A DNA stretch of 35,671 nt, from the sequence record DRR723986_14220, one strand, 5' to 3'. The notes below the pieces were generated by a model, which was not told where the DNA came from, ran no database searches, and saw only the letters and a program-made list of their open reading frames with translations. The stretch's first letter is position 1; each line of letters starts with the position of its first letter. Made by a program: the position numbers and the translations under genes. Below are positions 9,502 through 18,142 of the stretch, piece after piece.

Positions 9502-9979
9502 GAGGATGCTCCTGTGCAGTCTGTTTGCTTGAGATTGAATTGGGCGCGGCGCGCGAAAGCTTCCGTGAAAGCAATCACCTCCCTGCGCGTCCAATGGAAA
9601 AGAATAACGAGTTGAGAACAGAATTGAGCCGTGAAGGCCTCTAGATTAAATCTTATTAATTCAGCCTTCATTTGACGCATATACGTTGTTCTTGCTCGAA
9701 ATAAGCCTGACCGCCGTCTCTACTTGAGAAGAAGGTCATACTCGGTATTTGTACCGAGCTCAGGCCCAACGACCAATACAATTGCATTAAGAGGCTCCTA
9801 GCACAACAGTATAGTCGCAATTCTCATACCATTCATACGTCAAATTTCGTGAACATGCCTGCAAACGACATTTTAATGCCGGTATTCGTCATGGCGCATA
9901 ATTTTCTTACTATGACGGTGATTCTTTTCACCCTTAAAAGGTGTTTAAACTCAATAAGATCAACCAGTAAGTGCCGAAT

Positions 9980-10852
9980 TTAACCATGTGTACTGATGAC
10001 CTGATCGCGCAACACCTTGTGCACGAGGTCGGCAAGTACCGGTGCGGCGCAAGTGTGCTTTCGCAAGAAAACCATTTCGCGTCCGGCGCCGCCCTGAAGA
10101 TCATTCAAGGTCATTTCCGGACCATGCATCCGCAACCCTTGCCAGACGGGCAAAATCGCCTGTCCTGCTCCCTGAGACACCATCTGCGCGATCGTTTCCG
10201 GAGCATCGAGTTCACACAGGATGTGTTCTTCGCCAACCAACGCGCCAAAATCCGCCCAGAGTTTGCGACCGCCCCACGATTGCCTGTCATAGACAATCCA
10301 GGGCAGTTTTTCGGCCTCGGTTTTGGATAGATCGCGTTCGGGTGGCAAGGCATGAACGATAGCCTGAGCCTCCAGCGTTCTGCTGATGATGTCCTTGGGC
10401 AAATCAAATGGGGCGGCAACCGTAATGGCCGCGTCCAGCGCTCCGCTGCGCAATCCCTCGTAAAGATCGGCCGACGTGCCGGGCCGAACGGTAAGCACCG
10501 CCTGAGGCGCCTTTTGCCGGAATTGCTGGATGACCGCGGGCACGTTGTCCGAAAGGGCCGTCGATACCGCCCCAAGCCGAAATGGACCGCTTAATCCATC
10601 AGCATCTATGCGGTTTGTCAGCTGCTCCGCGTCCCGCACAAGGCGACGCGCTGCGGGCAACAGCCGGAAACAGGTTTCGGTCGGCAGGGCTGCGTGTGCC
10701 GTTCGGTTGAGAAGCGTTGCCCCCAATTCGGCTTCCAGCACACGAATACGCTGGCTGACGGCGGCGGCCGTGAGCCCCTGCAGCCGCGCAGCTGCAGCAA
10801 TGGATCCGGTTTCGGCAACGGCCAACAGGCTTTCAAGAAATCGGGTATCCAA
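9980..10852 (-). CDS. LysR-family transcriptional regulator
   Basis: N-terminal HTH (GSIAAAARLQGLTAAAVSQRIRVLEAELGATLLNR); TTG start; divergent from the VOC gene. Confidence 0.9.
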   Translation of the reverse strand: MDTRFLESLLAVAETGSIAAAARLQGLTAAAVSQRIRVLEAELGATLLNRTAHAALPTETCFRLLPAARRLVRDAEQLTNRIDADGLSGPFRLGAVSTALSDNVPAVIQQFRQKAPQAVLTVRPGTSADLYEGLRSGALDAAITVAAPFDLPKDIISRTLEAQAIVHALPPERDLSKTEAEKLPWIVYDRQSWGGRKLWADFGALVGEEHILCELDAPETIAQMVSQGAGQAILPVWQGLRMHGPEMTLNDLQGGAGREMVFLRKHTCAAPVLADLVHKVLRDQVISTHG

Positions 10853-10878
10853 AACATTTTCCTTCGCTCAGAAGCAGA

Positions 10879-10897
10879 AAAACATCTTAAATGTTTT
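10879..10897. promoter_or_regulatory. Inverted repeat in the LysR/VOC divergent promoter
   Basis: AAAACAT-CTTAA-ATGTTTT perfect dyad in the 90-bp intergenic region. Confidence 0.4.
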
Positions 10898-10942
10898 GAA
10901 TCGGATCTGCTACTCAACATCCGTTTTCAAAGGAGCCGAGCG

Positions 10943-11356
10943 ATGCAACCCTGTTTTCACCTTGCCTATCACGTAACCGATCTGGACGAAGCCCGCGCGT
11001 TCTACGGCGGCCTGCTTGGCTGCAAGGAAGGCCGCAGCACGCAGACCTGGGTCGACTTCAACTTCTTCGGCCATCAGGTGTCCCTCCATCTCGGCAAGCC
11101 TTTCGAGACGACCAACACCGGCAAGGTCGGCGATCACATGGTGCCGATGCCGCACCTGGGCGTGGTGCTGGACATGGAGACCTGGAAGACGCTTGCGCAA
11201 AAACTGACAGACGCTAACCTCGCCTTCGTCATCGCCCCGACCGTCCGGTTCGAGGGCCAACCTGGCGAGCAGAGCACCATGTTTTTCAAGGACCCTTCCG
11301 GCAACCCAATCGAAATCAAGGGCTTTGCCGATGAAGCCGGGGTTTTCGCCGCATGA
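10943..11356 (+). CDS. VOC (glyoxalase/extradiol dioxygenase superfamily) protein
   Basis: FHLAYHVTDLDEARAFYGGLLGCKEGRS, PHLGVVL, DPSGNPIEIKGF (His/His/Glu metal ligands); RBS AAGGAG; start set to ATG 10943. Confidence 0.88.
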   Translation: MQPCFHLAYHVTDLDEARAFYGGLLGCKEGRSTQTWVDFNFFGHQVSLHLGKPFETTNTGKVGDHMVPMPHLGVVLDMETWKTLAQKLTDANLAFVIAPTVRFEGQPGEQSTMFFKDPSGNPIEIKGFADEAGVFAA

Positions 11357-12300
11357 GGCCCGTCGTTCCCTTTGTTTCCTCCGCAAGCCCTGATGAGCGC
11401 CAGAGCTGGCGCGAGGCACTGCCGAAGGCTCTCGACGGCATCGCCGACGTCAAGCTGTTCGAAGACCTGACGGAGGACCAACGATCCGAAGCGCGCGTTG
11501 CCATCGTCGCCAATCCCGACCCCGCCAACGTGGCGGCACTTCCCAATCTGGTCTGGGTACAAAGCCTGTGGGCCGGGGTGGAGCGCCTGATGGGTGAGCT
11601 TCCCGCAAACGGTCCGAAGATCGTCCGCCTGACGGATCCGCAAATGGCGGAAACCATGTCTGAAGCGGTTCTTGCCTGGACGCTTTACCTGCACAGGGGC
11701 ATGCCCCGGTACATTGCCCAGCAGCGGCAGAAGATCTGGCAGGATCATGCACTCGAACGCCCACAGGAACGCACGGTTGGTGTTCTGGGTCTTGGCAAGC
11801 TCGGCGCAGCCGCCGCCTTGCGGATGAAAGCCAACGGCTTCAATGTGCTCGGCTGGAGCCGTACCGAAAAATCAATTGAAGGCATAGTCTGCCGGCATGG
11901 TCGCGATGGGCTTCTGGAGGTACTCGGCCAGTCCGAATTCATTGTCCTGCTGATGCCGCTGACGGATGAAACACGCGGGCTGATCGGCCAGGACGAATTG
12001 AGCGCCTGCAAGAAGGGCGCCTCGATCATCAACTTCGCCCGTGGGCCGATTATCAACACTGCCGCGCTCATCAACAAACTCGACAACGGCCCGCTCGGCC
12101 ATGCCGTTCTCGACGTCTTCGATGAAGAGCCCCTGCCACCGTCAAGTCCGCTGTGGGATCACGACAAGGTCACGGTGCTGCCGCACATATCCGCCCCGAC
12201 CATCATCAGCACAGCGTCCAGGATCGTGGCAGACAACATCGGCCGTTATTACGAAGACGGTACGATTCCCCCAGCCGTCGACCGGGACCGTGGATACTGA
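11353..12300 (+). CDS. ghrA: D-2-hydroxyacid dehydrogenase, glyoxylate/hydroxypyruvate reductase A-like
   Basis: WAGVE, GVLGLGKLG Rossmann motif, INFARG, LDVFDEEPLP, LPHISA; ATGA overlap with the VOC gene. Confidence 0.82.
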   Translation: MRPVVPFVSSASPDERQSWREALPKALDGIADVKLFEDLTEDQRSEARVAIVANPDPANVAALPNLVWVQSLWAGVERLMGELPANGPKIVRLTDPQMAETMSEAVLAWTLYLHRGMPRYIAQQRQKIWQDHALERPQERTVGVLGLGKLGAAAALRMKANGFNVLGWSRTEKSIEGIVCRHGRDGLLEVLGQSEFIVLLMPLTDETRGLIGQDELSACKKGASIINFARGPIINTAALINKLDNGPLGHAVLDVFDEEPLPPSSPLWDHDKVTVLPHISAPTIISTASRIVADNIGRYYEDGTIPPAVDRDRGY

Positions 12301-12385
12301 AATTTGATCCGCTCTCCGTCGCAATAGTGTCAAGGATCAGCCTCTAATCAGGCGACAATCGTTTCGTCTCCTTCAAAGGTGTTTC

Positions 12386-13204
12386 ATGACCGATCTCCCA
12401 ATTCTTGGTGCCGCGCTGACAGTCGACGCGCTGGAAACCCATCGCAATCTGATGCTGGACAAACCGCGGGATCTGGAACTTCAGGACTTCTGGCCGGCCG
12501 AAGTGCTGAACGGCGACTGGAAACCGATTGTCGAGAAGGCCCGAAAACTGCTGGACGGCCATCAGGGCCGTGTCGGCATTCACGGCCCCTTCTTCGGCTT
12601 CACCGTCGACAGCATGGATGTCGACGTCCGCGAGATCGTACGCAAGCGCCTGTTGCAAGGACTGGAAGTCTGCGAGGCACTGGGCGGCACCCACATGGTC
12701 GTGCACAGCCCCTATACGACCTGGGACTTCAACAACCTCGACAATTATGAAAATGCCCGGCAGCGCAAGATAGAGCTGTGTCACCTGACCATGAGCGACG
12801 CGGTCAAGCGTGCAGAAGAGATCGGCTGCGAACTCGTCATCGAGAACATCGAGGACAAGGACCCTTATGCCCGGATAGAGCTTGCCGAGAGCTTCGGTTC
12901 ACAGGCGGTGAAAGTCTCTATCGATACCGGACACGCTCACTATGCCCATGGCACGACTGGCGCCCCGCCGGTCGATTACTACGTCAGGGCCGCCGGCAAT
13001 CGTCTCCGCCATATCCACCTGCAGGACGCGGATGGCTACGCCGACCGTCACTGGACGCTTGGGCAGGGTACCATCAACTGGCACTCGGTGTTCGGCGCGC
13101 TTTCCAAACTCGAAAGTGACCCGCGCCTGATCATCGAACTGCGCGACCATTCCGGCCTGCCGGCGTCAATTGCCAACATGGCGGCACTTGGACTGGCGCA
13201 GTAA
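12386..13204 (+). CDS. Sugar phosphate isomerase/epimerase family (xylose isomerase-like TIM barrel) protein
   Basis: IHGPF, VIENIED, IDTGHAH, HIHLQD, IIE metal-binding pattern. Confidence 0.82.
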   Translation: MTDLPILGAALTVDALETHRNLMLDKPRDLELQDFWPAEVLNGDWKPIVEKARKLLDGHQGRVGIHGPFFGFTVDSMDVDVREIVRKRLLQGLEVCEALGGTHMVVHSPYTTWDFNNLDNYENARQRKIELCHLTMSDAVKRAEEIGCELVIENIEDKDPYARIELAESFGSQAVKVSIDTGHAHYAHGTTGAPPVDYYVRAAGNRLRHIHLQDADGYADRHWTLGQGTINWHSVFGALSKLESDPRLIIELRDHSGLPASIANMAALGLAQ

Positions 13205-13290
13205 CCACCAGGATGGCACTGCGAGGCGGCGCAAAACCGTGCGCCGTCATTGCGGACAAGTGCTTCGCAGGGCGCACGCCGAGCCGCAAT

Positions 13291-13326
13291 GACGCCCAGG
13301 CGAAAGCCTGAGCGTCTGATTTTTTT
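13291..13326 (+). terminator. Intrinsic terminator between the convergent TIM-barrel gene and gndA
   Basis: GACGCCCAGGC-GAAA-GCCTGAGCGTC (one mismatch) followed by TGATTTTTTT. Confidence 0.65.
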
Positions 13327-13330
13327 GGCC

Positions 13331-14755
13331 TCAGCCCATCGCCCAGGGGCCGTGGTAGCCGCCGCCGTCCTTGTCGGTGCGCTCAAAGCCATGCGCGCCG
13401 AAGAAATCGCGCTGGCCCTGAAGCATGTTTGCGGTGGAGCGGCCGGTGCGCATGATGTCGAAATAGGACAGCGCCGCCGAAAGGGCCGGTACCGGCAAAC
13501 CGTGCAGCGCGGACTGGGCAACGACCTGGCGAAGCATCGCTTCGGTTTCCTTCAGCTTTGCCGAGAAGAACGGCGCCAGCATCAGGTTGCGTTCGGCGTC
13601 GTCGGACAGTGCGGACGACATATCGTTCAGCATGGACGAGCGAATGATGCAGCCGTTGCGCCAGATCTTGGCGATTTCCGGCAGGGGCATTGCCCAGCCA
13701 TATTGTTTGGCCGCTTCCAGGATCAGACCGAAGCCTTGCGCATAACAGATGATCTTGCCGGCAACGAGAGCTGCTTCCAGCGCATTGATCGTCACAGCTT
13801 CGCGGTCCATGCCGCTCGGAGCCGCGCCAAATTCGGCTTCACCTTCCTTGCGCTCCTCATACCGCGCAGACATGTTGCGCACGGCAACGGCGGCCTCGAT
13901 GGCGCTCGCCGGTGTGCCCAGCATCAGCGCCTCGATGGCCGTCCAGCGGCCGGTGCCTTTCTGGCCGGCCTTGTCCAGGATGATGTCGAGCATCGGTTTG
14001 CCGGTTTCCGGATCCGCCGTCTTGGCAACCTTGCCGGAAATCTCGATCAGGTAGGACTGCAGGATGCCGCCATTCCACTTCTCGAAGACATCCCCGATTT
14101 CTGAAGCCGACATGCCGAAACCGTCGCGCATGACGCCGTAGACCTCGGCAATCATCTGCATGTCGGCATACTCGATGCCGTTGTGGACGGTCTTGACCAG
14201 ATGACCCGCGCCCGCTTCACCCAGAAAGGCCGCGCAGGGCGTATCTTCGTGTTTGGCGGAAATCGCTTCCAGAATATGGCCGACCTGATCCCAGGCGTCC
14301 TTCGCACCACCGCCCATGATGGACGGACCGAAGCGTGCGCCTTCCTCGCCACCGGAAACACCGATCCCCATGAAGCGAGGGCCTTTTTCGGCAGCTTCCG
14401 CCGCGCGGCGGTTCGTGTCGTGGTAATTGGCATTGCCCGCATCGATGATGAGATCGCCTGCATCGAGCAGCGGCCGCAGAGCCTCGATCTGTGCATCGAC
14501 CGCTTCTCCGGCCGGAACCATCAGGATGACCGCGCGCGGGGTCTTGATGGATGCAACGAAGTCTTCCAGCGTCTTGGTCGGAACCAGTTTCGGCGCGAGT
14601 TCCCCGGCCTTCGCCATGAATTGGTCGGTCTTCTCCGTGGTCCGGTTGAACACCGCGATCTGAAAGCCATGTTCGGCAATATTGAGCGCAAGGTTGCCAC
14701 CCATGGTACCGAGACCGATCAGGCCGATTTCCGCGGCCGCGCCGTTTGAGCTCAT
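13331..14755 (-). CDS. gndA: NADP-dependent 6-phosphogluconate dehydrogenase (decarboxylating)
   Basis: IGLIGLGTMGGNLALN, VFNRT, GVSGGEEGARFGPSIMGG, VKTVHNGIEY, GQKGTGRW, QRDFFGAH. Start set to ATG 14755; alternatives are 14761 and 14770. Confidence 0.95.
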   Translation of the reverse strand: MSSNGAAAEIGLIGLGTMGGNLALNIAEHGFQIAVFNRTTEKTDQFMAKAGELAPKLVPTKTLEDFVASIKTPRAVILMVPAGEAVDAQIEALRPLLDAGDLIIDAGNANYHDTNRRAAEAAEKGPRFMGIGVSGGEEGARFGPSIMGGGAKDAWDQVGHILEAISAKHEDTPCAAFLGEAGAGHLVKTVHNGIEYADMQMIAEVYGVMRDGFGMSASEIGDVFEKWNGGILQSYLIEISGKVAKTADPETGKPMLDIILDKAGQKGTGRWTAIEALMLGTPASAIEAAVAVRNMSARYEERKEGEAEFGAAPSGMDREAVTINALEAALVAGKIICYAQGFGLILEAAKQYGWAMPLPEIAKIWRNGCIIRSSMLNDMSSALSDDAERNLMLAPFFSAKLKETEAMLRQVVAQSALHGLPVPALSAALSYFDIMRTGRSTANMLQGQRDFFGAHGFERTDKDGGGYHGPWAMG

Positions 14756-14857
14756 GAACATGCCTTTCATAAATCGATTAATGTCTGGTGGGGCGGTGAT
14801 AGCCGACAAGCTGCCCAACGGCAATGTCTGGTTGGGGCAAGACCGTGTAAAATCCGA

Positions 14858-15697
14858 TCAGCCGAAAGCACTTGCCAGATGATCCACCAGCAGGCGAACG
14901 CGCTTGGGGATGAACCGTCGTGACGGCAGGACCGCAAAGAGCGGCAACTCCGGCAGATCGACCGGACACGCAGCCTCGGCCAAGCGTCCATCCGCCAGGA
15001 ATTCGGCACACATCGATTTCGGCAAGATACCCGCCACACCACCATTCAGCACCAGGGCCAGCGCAAGCTGCAGGTTCCGCGTCCTGTAAACAGGGGCGCA
15101 TCCTCCTTGCCCTGCCTCTTCTAGCACTTCGGCGGGATCGATCACCCGTCCTGACGTCAACAGCTCGCCGAACGACGCCTCTTCTATGAGCTCCGGCCGG
15201 GCAACAAGAACAAGGAAACTGGAGGCGATCTTCCGGACGATGACACTTTCCGATGCAACCCGGTTGCCGCGGAGGGCGAAGTCGAACCGCTCGCCGGTCA
15301 GATCAACGGGGCGATCGCTGACATGCACTTCGATCCGGACTTCCGGATATCGCAAATTGAAGCTGGCCATCGCCTCTGCCAGAACATCCAGCGGCAGGTC
15401 GACCGGGACGGACACACGCACCATCCCCTGCGGTGCCTGCGCCGATTTCAGCTGTTCTCCGGCCTCCTCCAGATCCCGCAAGGCCGGCTGCACCTTTTCC
15501 CGGTAGGCCTCGCCTTCCATCGTCAGGCGCACCTGCCTGGTCGTGCGCTGGAACAGGGCGACGCCAAGCTCTTCCTCCAGTGCCTTGATACGAGCCGTCA
15601 CTGTCGACCTCGGCAAGTCGAGCTGCCGGGCGGCAGCAGCGAAACTGCCAAGACCGGCCACTTCAACAAAGGTTTCCAGATGTGCCAGCGTTGTCAT
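14858..15697 (-). CDS. LysR-family transcriptional regulator (CrgA/DmlR-like)
   Basis: GSFAAAARQLDLPRSTVTARIKALEEELGVALFQRTTRQVRLT; DRPVDL..ERFDFALR; PKRVRLLVDHL. Confidence 0.9.
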   Translation of the reverse strand: MTTLAHLETFVEVAGLGSFAAAARQLDLPRSTVTARIKALEEELGVALFQRTTRQVRLTMEGEAYREKVQPALRDLEEAGEQLKSAQAPQGMVRVSVPVDLPLDVLAEAMASFNLRYPEVRIEVHVSDRPVDLTGERFDFALRGNRVASESVIVRKIASSFLVLVARPELIEEASFGELLTSGRVIDPAEVLEEAGQGGCAPVYRTRNLQLALALVLNGGVAGILPKSMCAEFLADGRLAEAACPVDLPELPLFAVLPSRRFIPKRVRLLVDHLASAFG

Positions 15698-15800
15698 TGC
15701 GCGATATTTTCAGCCAGACTGTTCATTTTTATACAGCTACACCGAACAATATCTGCGGTCTACCTACAACGGACCATCAAAGGTCCCAAGAGGTATTCCC

Positions 15801-16721
15801 ATGAAACGGCGCAGTTTTCTGAAGTCAGCCGGCACCATGTCGCTGGCTGTTCCGGCAATCTTGACCGGTCTTTCGTCCGCTCCCGCAAGAACCGCAACAG
15901 GATCTCCCCGGCTCGACATCACCTGGCTCGGCGGTGCAACCATGCTTATCGAATGCGAGGACCTCACCCTCCTGACCGACCCGGCTTTCGGCGAAGGTGA
16001 GGAAGCATTCCGCATGGGTGATCCCAACGAGATGTTCGATCTCGCCACGGGACCCGATGTGGTTACACACAAACGGCTGACCCCGTTTCGCGGTGTCGAT
16101 CTTTCCAGAGTGGATCAAGTCCTGCTGTCCCACCTGCATGAAGATCATTTCGACCAGACGGCGGAAAGCGCAATTGCCCCGGACATGCCGTTCCTCGTTC
16201 CCTCTCATGACCGGGAGCGATTGACCGCAAAGGGGTTCACGCAGGTTCAGGTGGCCGACTGGATGAAACCTCACGTGATCACCAAGGGCGACGTCACGCT
16301 CTCGCTGACTGCACTACCTGCCGAACACTCGGAAAACCCGGAGATTGCCTCGCTGCTTGGCCCAGGTAACGGCTACTGGCTGGAGATCCGCCAGGGCGAC
16401 TGGGCAAAGTCGGTCTATTGGACCGGCGATACCTTCCCGACGCCAAATGTCCTCGACGCGCTCAAGGGTTTCGGATCGCCGGACGTGTTCATTCCTCATC
16501 TTGGCGGCGTCGGCACTTCAGGACCTCTCGGGCAGATCAGCATGGGCGCTAATCATGCCGCCGATTTCGTGGATAAGCTCCGGCCTGGCAAGGTACTGCC
16601 GATCCATCACTCCACTTACGCGCTTTATCTTGAACCTGTCACCGGCCTGCCGATTGCGCTTGCCGGCAAGACGCAAGGACTGGATCTTGTTTCGGAAGGC
16701 ACCTGCGTAAGTTACGTCTGA
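15801..16721 (+). CDS. Tat-exported metallo-beta-lactamase-fold hydrolase (UlaG/NAPE-PLD-like)
   Basis: Twin-arginine signal MKRRSFLK; LLTDP, SHLHEDH (HxHxDH), PAEH, TGDT, PIHH; start set to ATG 15801. Confidence 0.88.
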   Translation: MKRRSFLKSAGTMSLAVPAILTGLSSAPARTATGSPRLDITWLGGATMLIECEDLTLLTDPAFGEGEEAFRMGDPNEMFDLATGPDVVTHKRLTPFRGVDLSRVDQVLLSHLHEDHFDQTAESAIAPDMPFLVPSHDRERLTAKGFTQVQVADWMKPHVITKGDVTLSLTALPAEHSENPEIASLLGPGNGYWLEIRQGDWAKSVYWTGDTFPTPNVLDALKGFGSPDVFIPHLGGVGTSGPLGQISMGANHAADFVDKLRPGKVLPIHHSTYALYLEPVTGLPIALAGKTQGLDLVSEGTCVSYV

Positions 16722-16828
16722 CCACGAAAACAACGGAGCACCGGCGTCTCCAAAGGAGATGCCGACTGCCGCAAACGCCTCCCATGACTAAACTTAGCCG
16801 GCAAAATTACCCGTAAAAATACCCGCTG

Positions 16829-16846
16829 CCTGAATAAAACTGTCAT
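16829..16846 (+). promoter_or_regulatory. Possible Pho box upstream of the ABC substrate-binding gene
   Basis: CCTGAAT-AAAA-CTGTCAT: perfect second half-site, A-rich spacer and weak first half, compared with CTGTCAT-N4-CTGTCAT. Confidence 0.4.
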
Positions 16847-16909
16847 GTAGAGCTGATAGGCGATTTTCATCCGCAACCCTTTTGCTGCTCTGTGCAAAGG
16901 ATCTGTCAC

Positions 16910-17890
16910 ATGAAAAAGCTTCTGATCGCAGCCGGCCTCCTGGCCGCGGCATCCGCCTCCGCTTACGCCGACGATGTTACCGGCAAGCTCGTGCTCTACA
17001 CCTCCCAGCCGAACGCCGACGCCCAGGCAACCGTCGATGCCTTCACCGCGGCGCATCCGGGCGTTGAAGTCGAGTGGGTCCGTGACGGCACCACCAAGAT
17101 CATGGCGAAGCTGCTGGCCGAATTCGAAGCCGGTGCGCCGAAGCCGGACGTACTGCTGATCGCCGACATGGTGACCATGGAGAGCCTGAAGCAGGAAGGT
17201 CGTCTGATGGCGCATGAGGCGGCCGACGTTTCCGCCTACGATCCGGCGATCATGGACAAGGACAAGAGCTACTTCTCCACCAAGCTGATCACCACCGGCA
17301 TCATGTACAACACCAACGCGCCGATGAAGCCGACGTCCTACAAGGATCTCCTGAAGCCGGAAGCAAAGGACAAGCTGGCAATGCCATCGCCGCTGACGTC
17401 CGGCGCCGCGACCATCCACATGACTGCGCTGACCTCCAACCCGGAGCTTGGCTGGGCCTATTACGAAGGCCTCGCAGACCAGGGCGCCAACCCGCAGGGC
17501 GGCAATGGCGGCGTCTACAAGGCGATTGCCGGTGGCGAGAAACTCTACGGCTTCGTCGTCGACTTCCTGCCGATCCGCGAAAAGGCAAAAGGCGCACCGG
17601 TTGAGTTCGTCTTCCCGGAAGAAGGCGTCTCCGCCGTCACCGAGCCGGTTGCGATCCTCTCCACTGCCCAGAACCCGGATGCCGCCAAGGCATTTGTCGA
17701 CTTCCTGATTTCCGAAGACGGTCAGAAGCTTGCCGCATCCCAGGGCTATTTGCCGGCGCACCCGGGCGTCCCGGCTCCGGAGGGCTTCCCCGCTCGCGAC
17801 CAGATCAAGCTCATGGATTTCGATCCGGCCAAGGCCCTGGAACAGGACCAGGCCGACAAGATGAAATTCTCCGAGATCTTCGGCGGATAA
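16910..17890 (+). CDS. AfuA/FbpA-family ABC transporter substrate-binding protein
   Basis: Signal peptide MKKLLIAAGLLAAASASAYA; LVLYTSQP, VRDGTT, MPSPLTSGAA, FVFPEEG, AAKAFVDFLIS. Confidence 0.88.
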   Translation: MKKLLIAAGLLAAASASAYADDVTGKLVLYTSQPNADAQATVDAFTAAHPGVEVEWVRDGTTKIMAKLLAEFEAGAPKPDVLLIADMVTMESLKQEGRLMAHEAADVSAYDPAIMDKDKSYFSTKLITTGIMYNTNAPMKPTSYKDLLKPEAKDKLAMPSPLTSGAATIHMTALTSNPELGWAYYEGLADQGANPQGGNGGVYKAIAGGEKLYGFVVDFLPIREKAKGAPVEFVFPEEGVSAVTEPVAILSTAQNPDAAKAFVDFLISEDGQKLAASQGYLPAHPGVPAPEGFPARDQIKLMDFDPAKALEQDQADKMKFSEIFGG

Positions 17891-17915
17891 GGCCAACGCC
17901 TCCTTTCGACAACGG

Positions 17916-17945
17916 GCAGCGTGGCGGAAGCTTCGCTGCTTTTTT
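17916..17945 (+). terminator. Terminator/attenuator hairpin after the SBP gene
   Basis: GCAGCG-T-GGC-GGAA-GCT-T-CGCTGC followed by TTTTTT. Confidence 0.6.
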
Positions 17946-17955
17946 CCGTTCCCCC

Positions 17956-18118
17956 GTCATTCCGGACAAATGCAGCTTTGCTCATGCTGCTCCGGAATCC
18001 AGACATCAGCATGAGCAAAGCGAATACTGTTCCATTTGGAATTTGGCCGCGTCTCCGGCGCGAAACATGTCTGGATTCCGGATCATCGCTCGGCTACGCC
18101 TCACTTGTCCGGAATGAC
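17956..18118. repeat. Palindromic REP/MITE-like element (GTCATTCCGG...CCGGAATGAC type)
   Basis: 14-bp terminal IR GTCATTCCGGACAA/TTGTCCGGAATGAC; inner 16-bp IR TCCGGAATCCAGACAT (17991-18006)/ATGTCTGGATTCCGGA (18067-18082). Confidence 0.8.
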
Positions 18119-18142
18119 TGCGAGAAGCAACGGCAAATCCCT

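Noticed and set aside
12316..12333. CCGTCGC-AATA-GTGTCAA as a Pho box before the TIM-barrel gene
   Set aside because: Too many mismatches to support without a PWM score.
17921..18142. N-terminal 74 aa of the permease ORF
   Set aside because: Reads through the terminator hairpin and the palindromic repeat; probably not translated.
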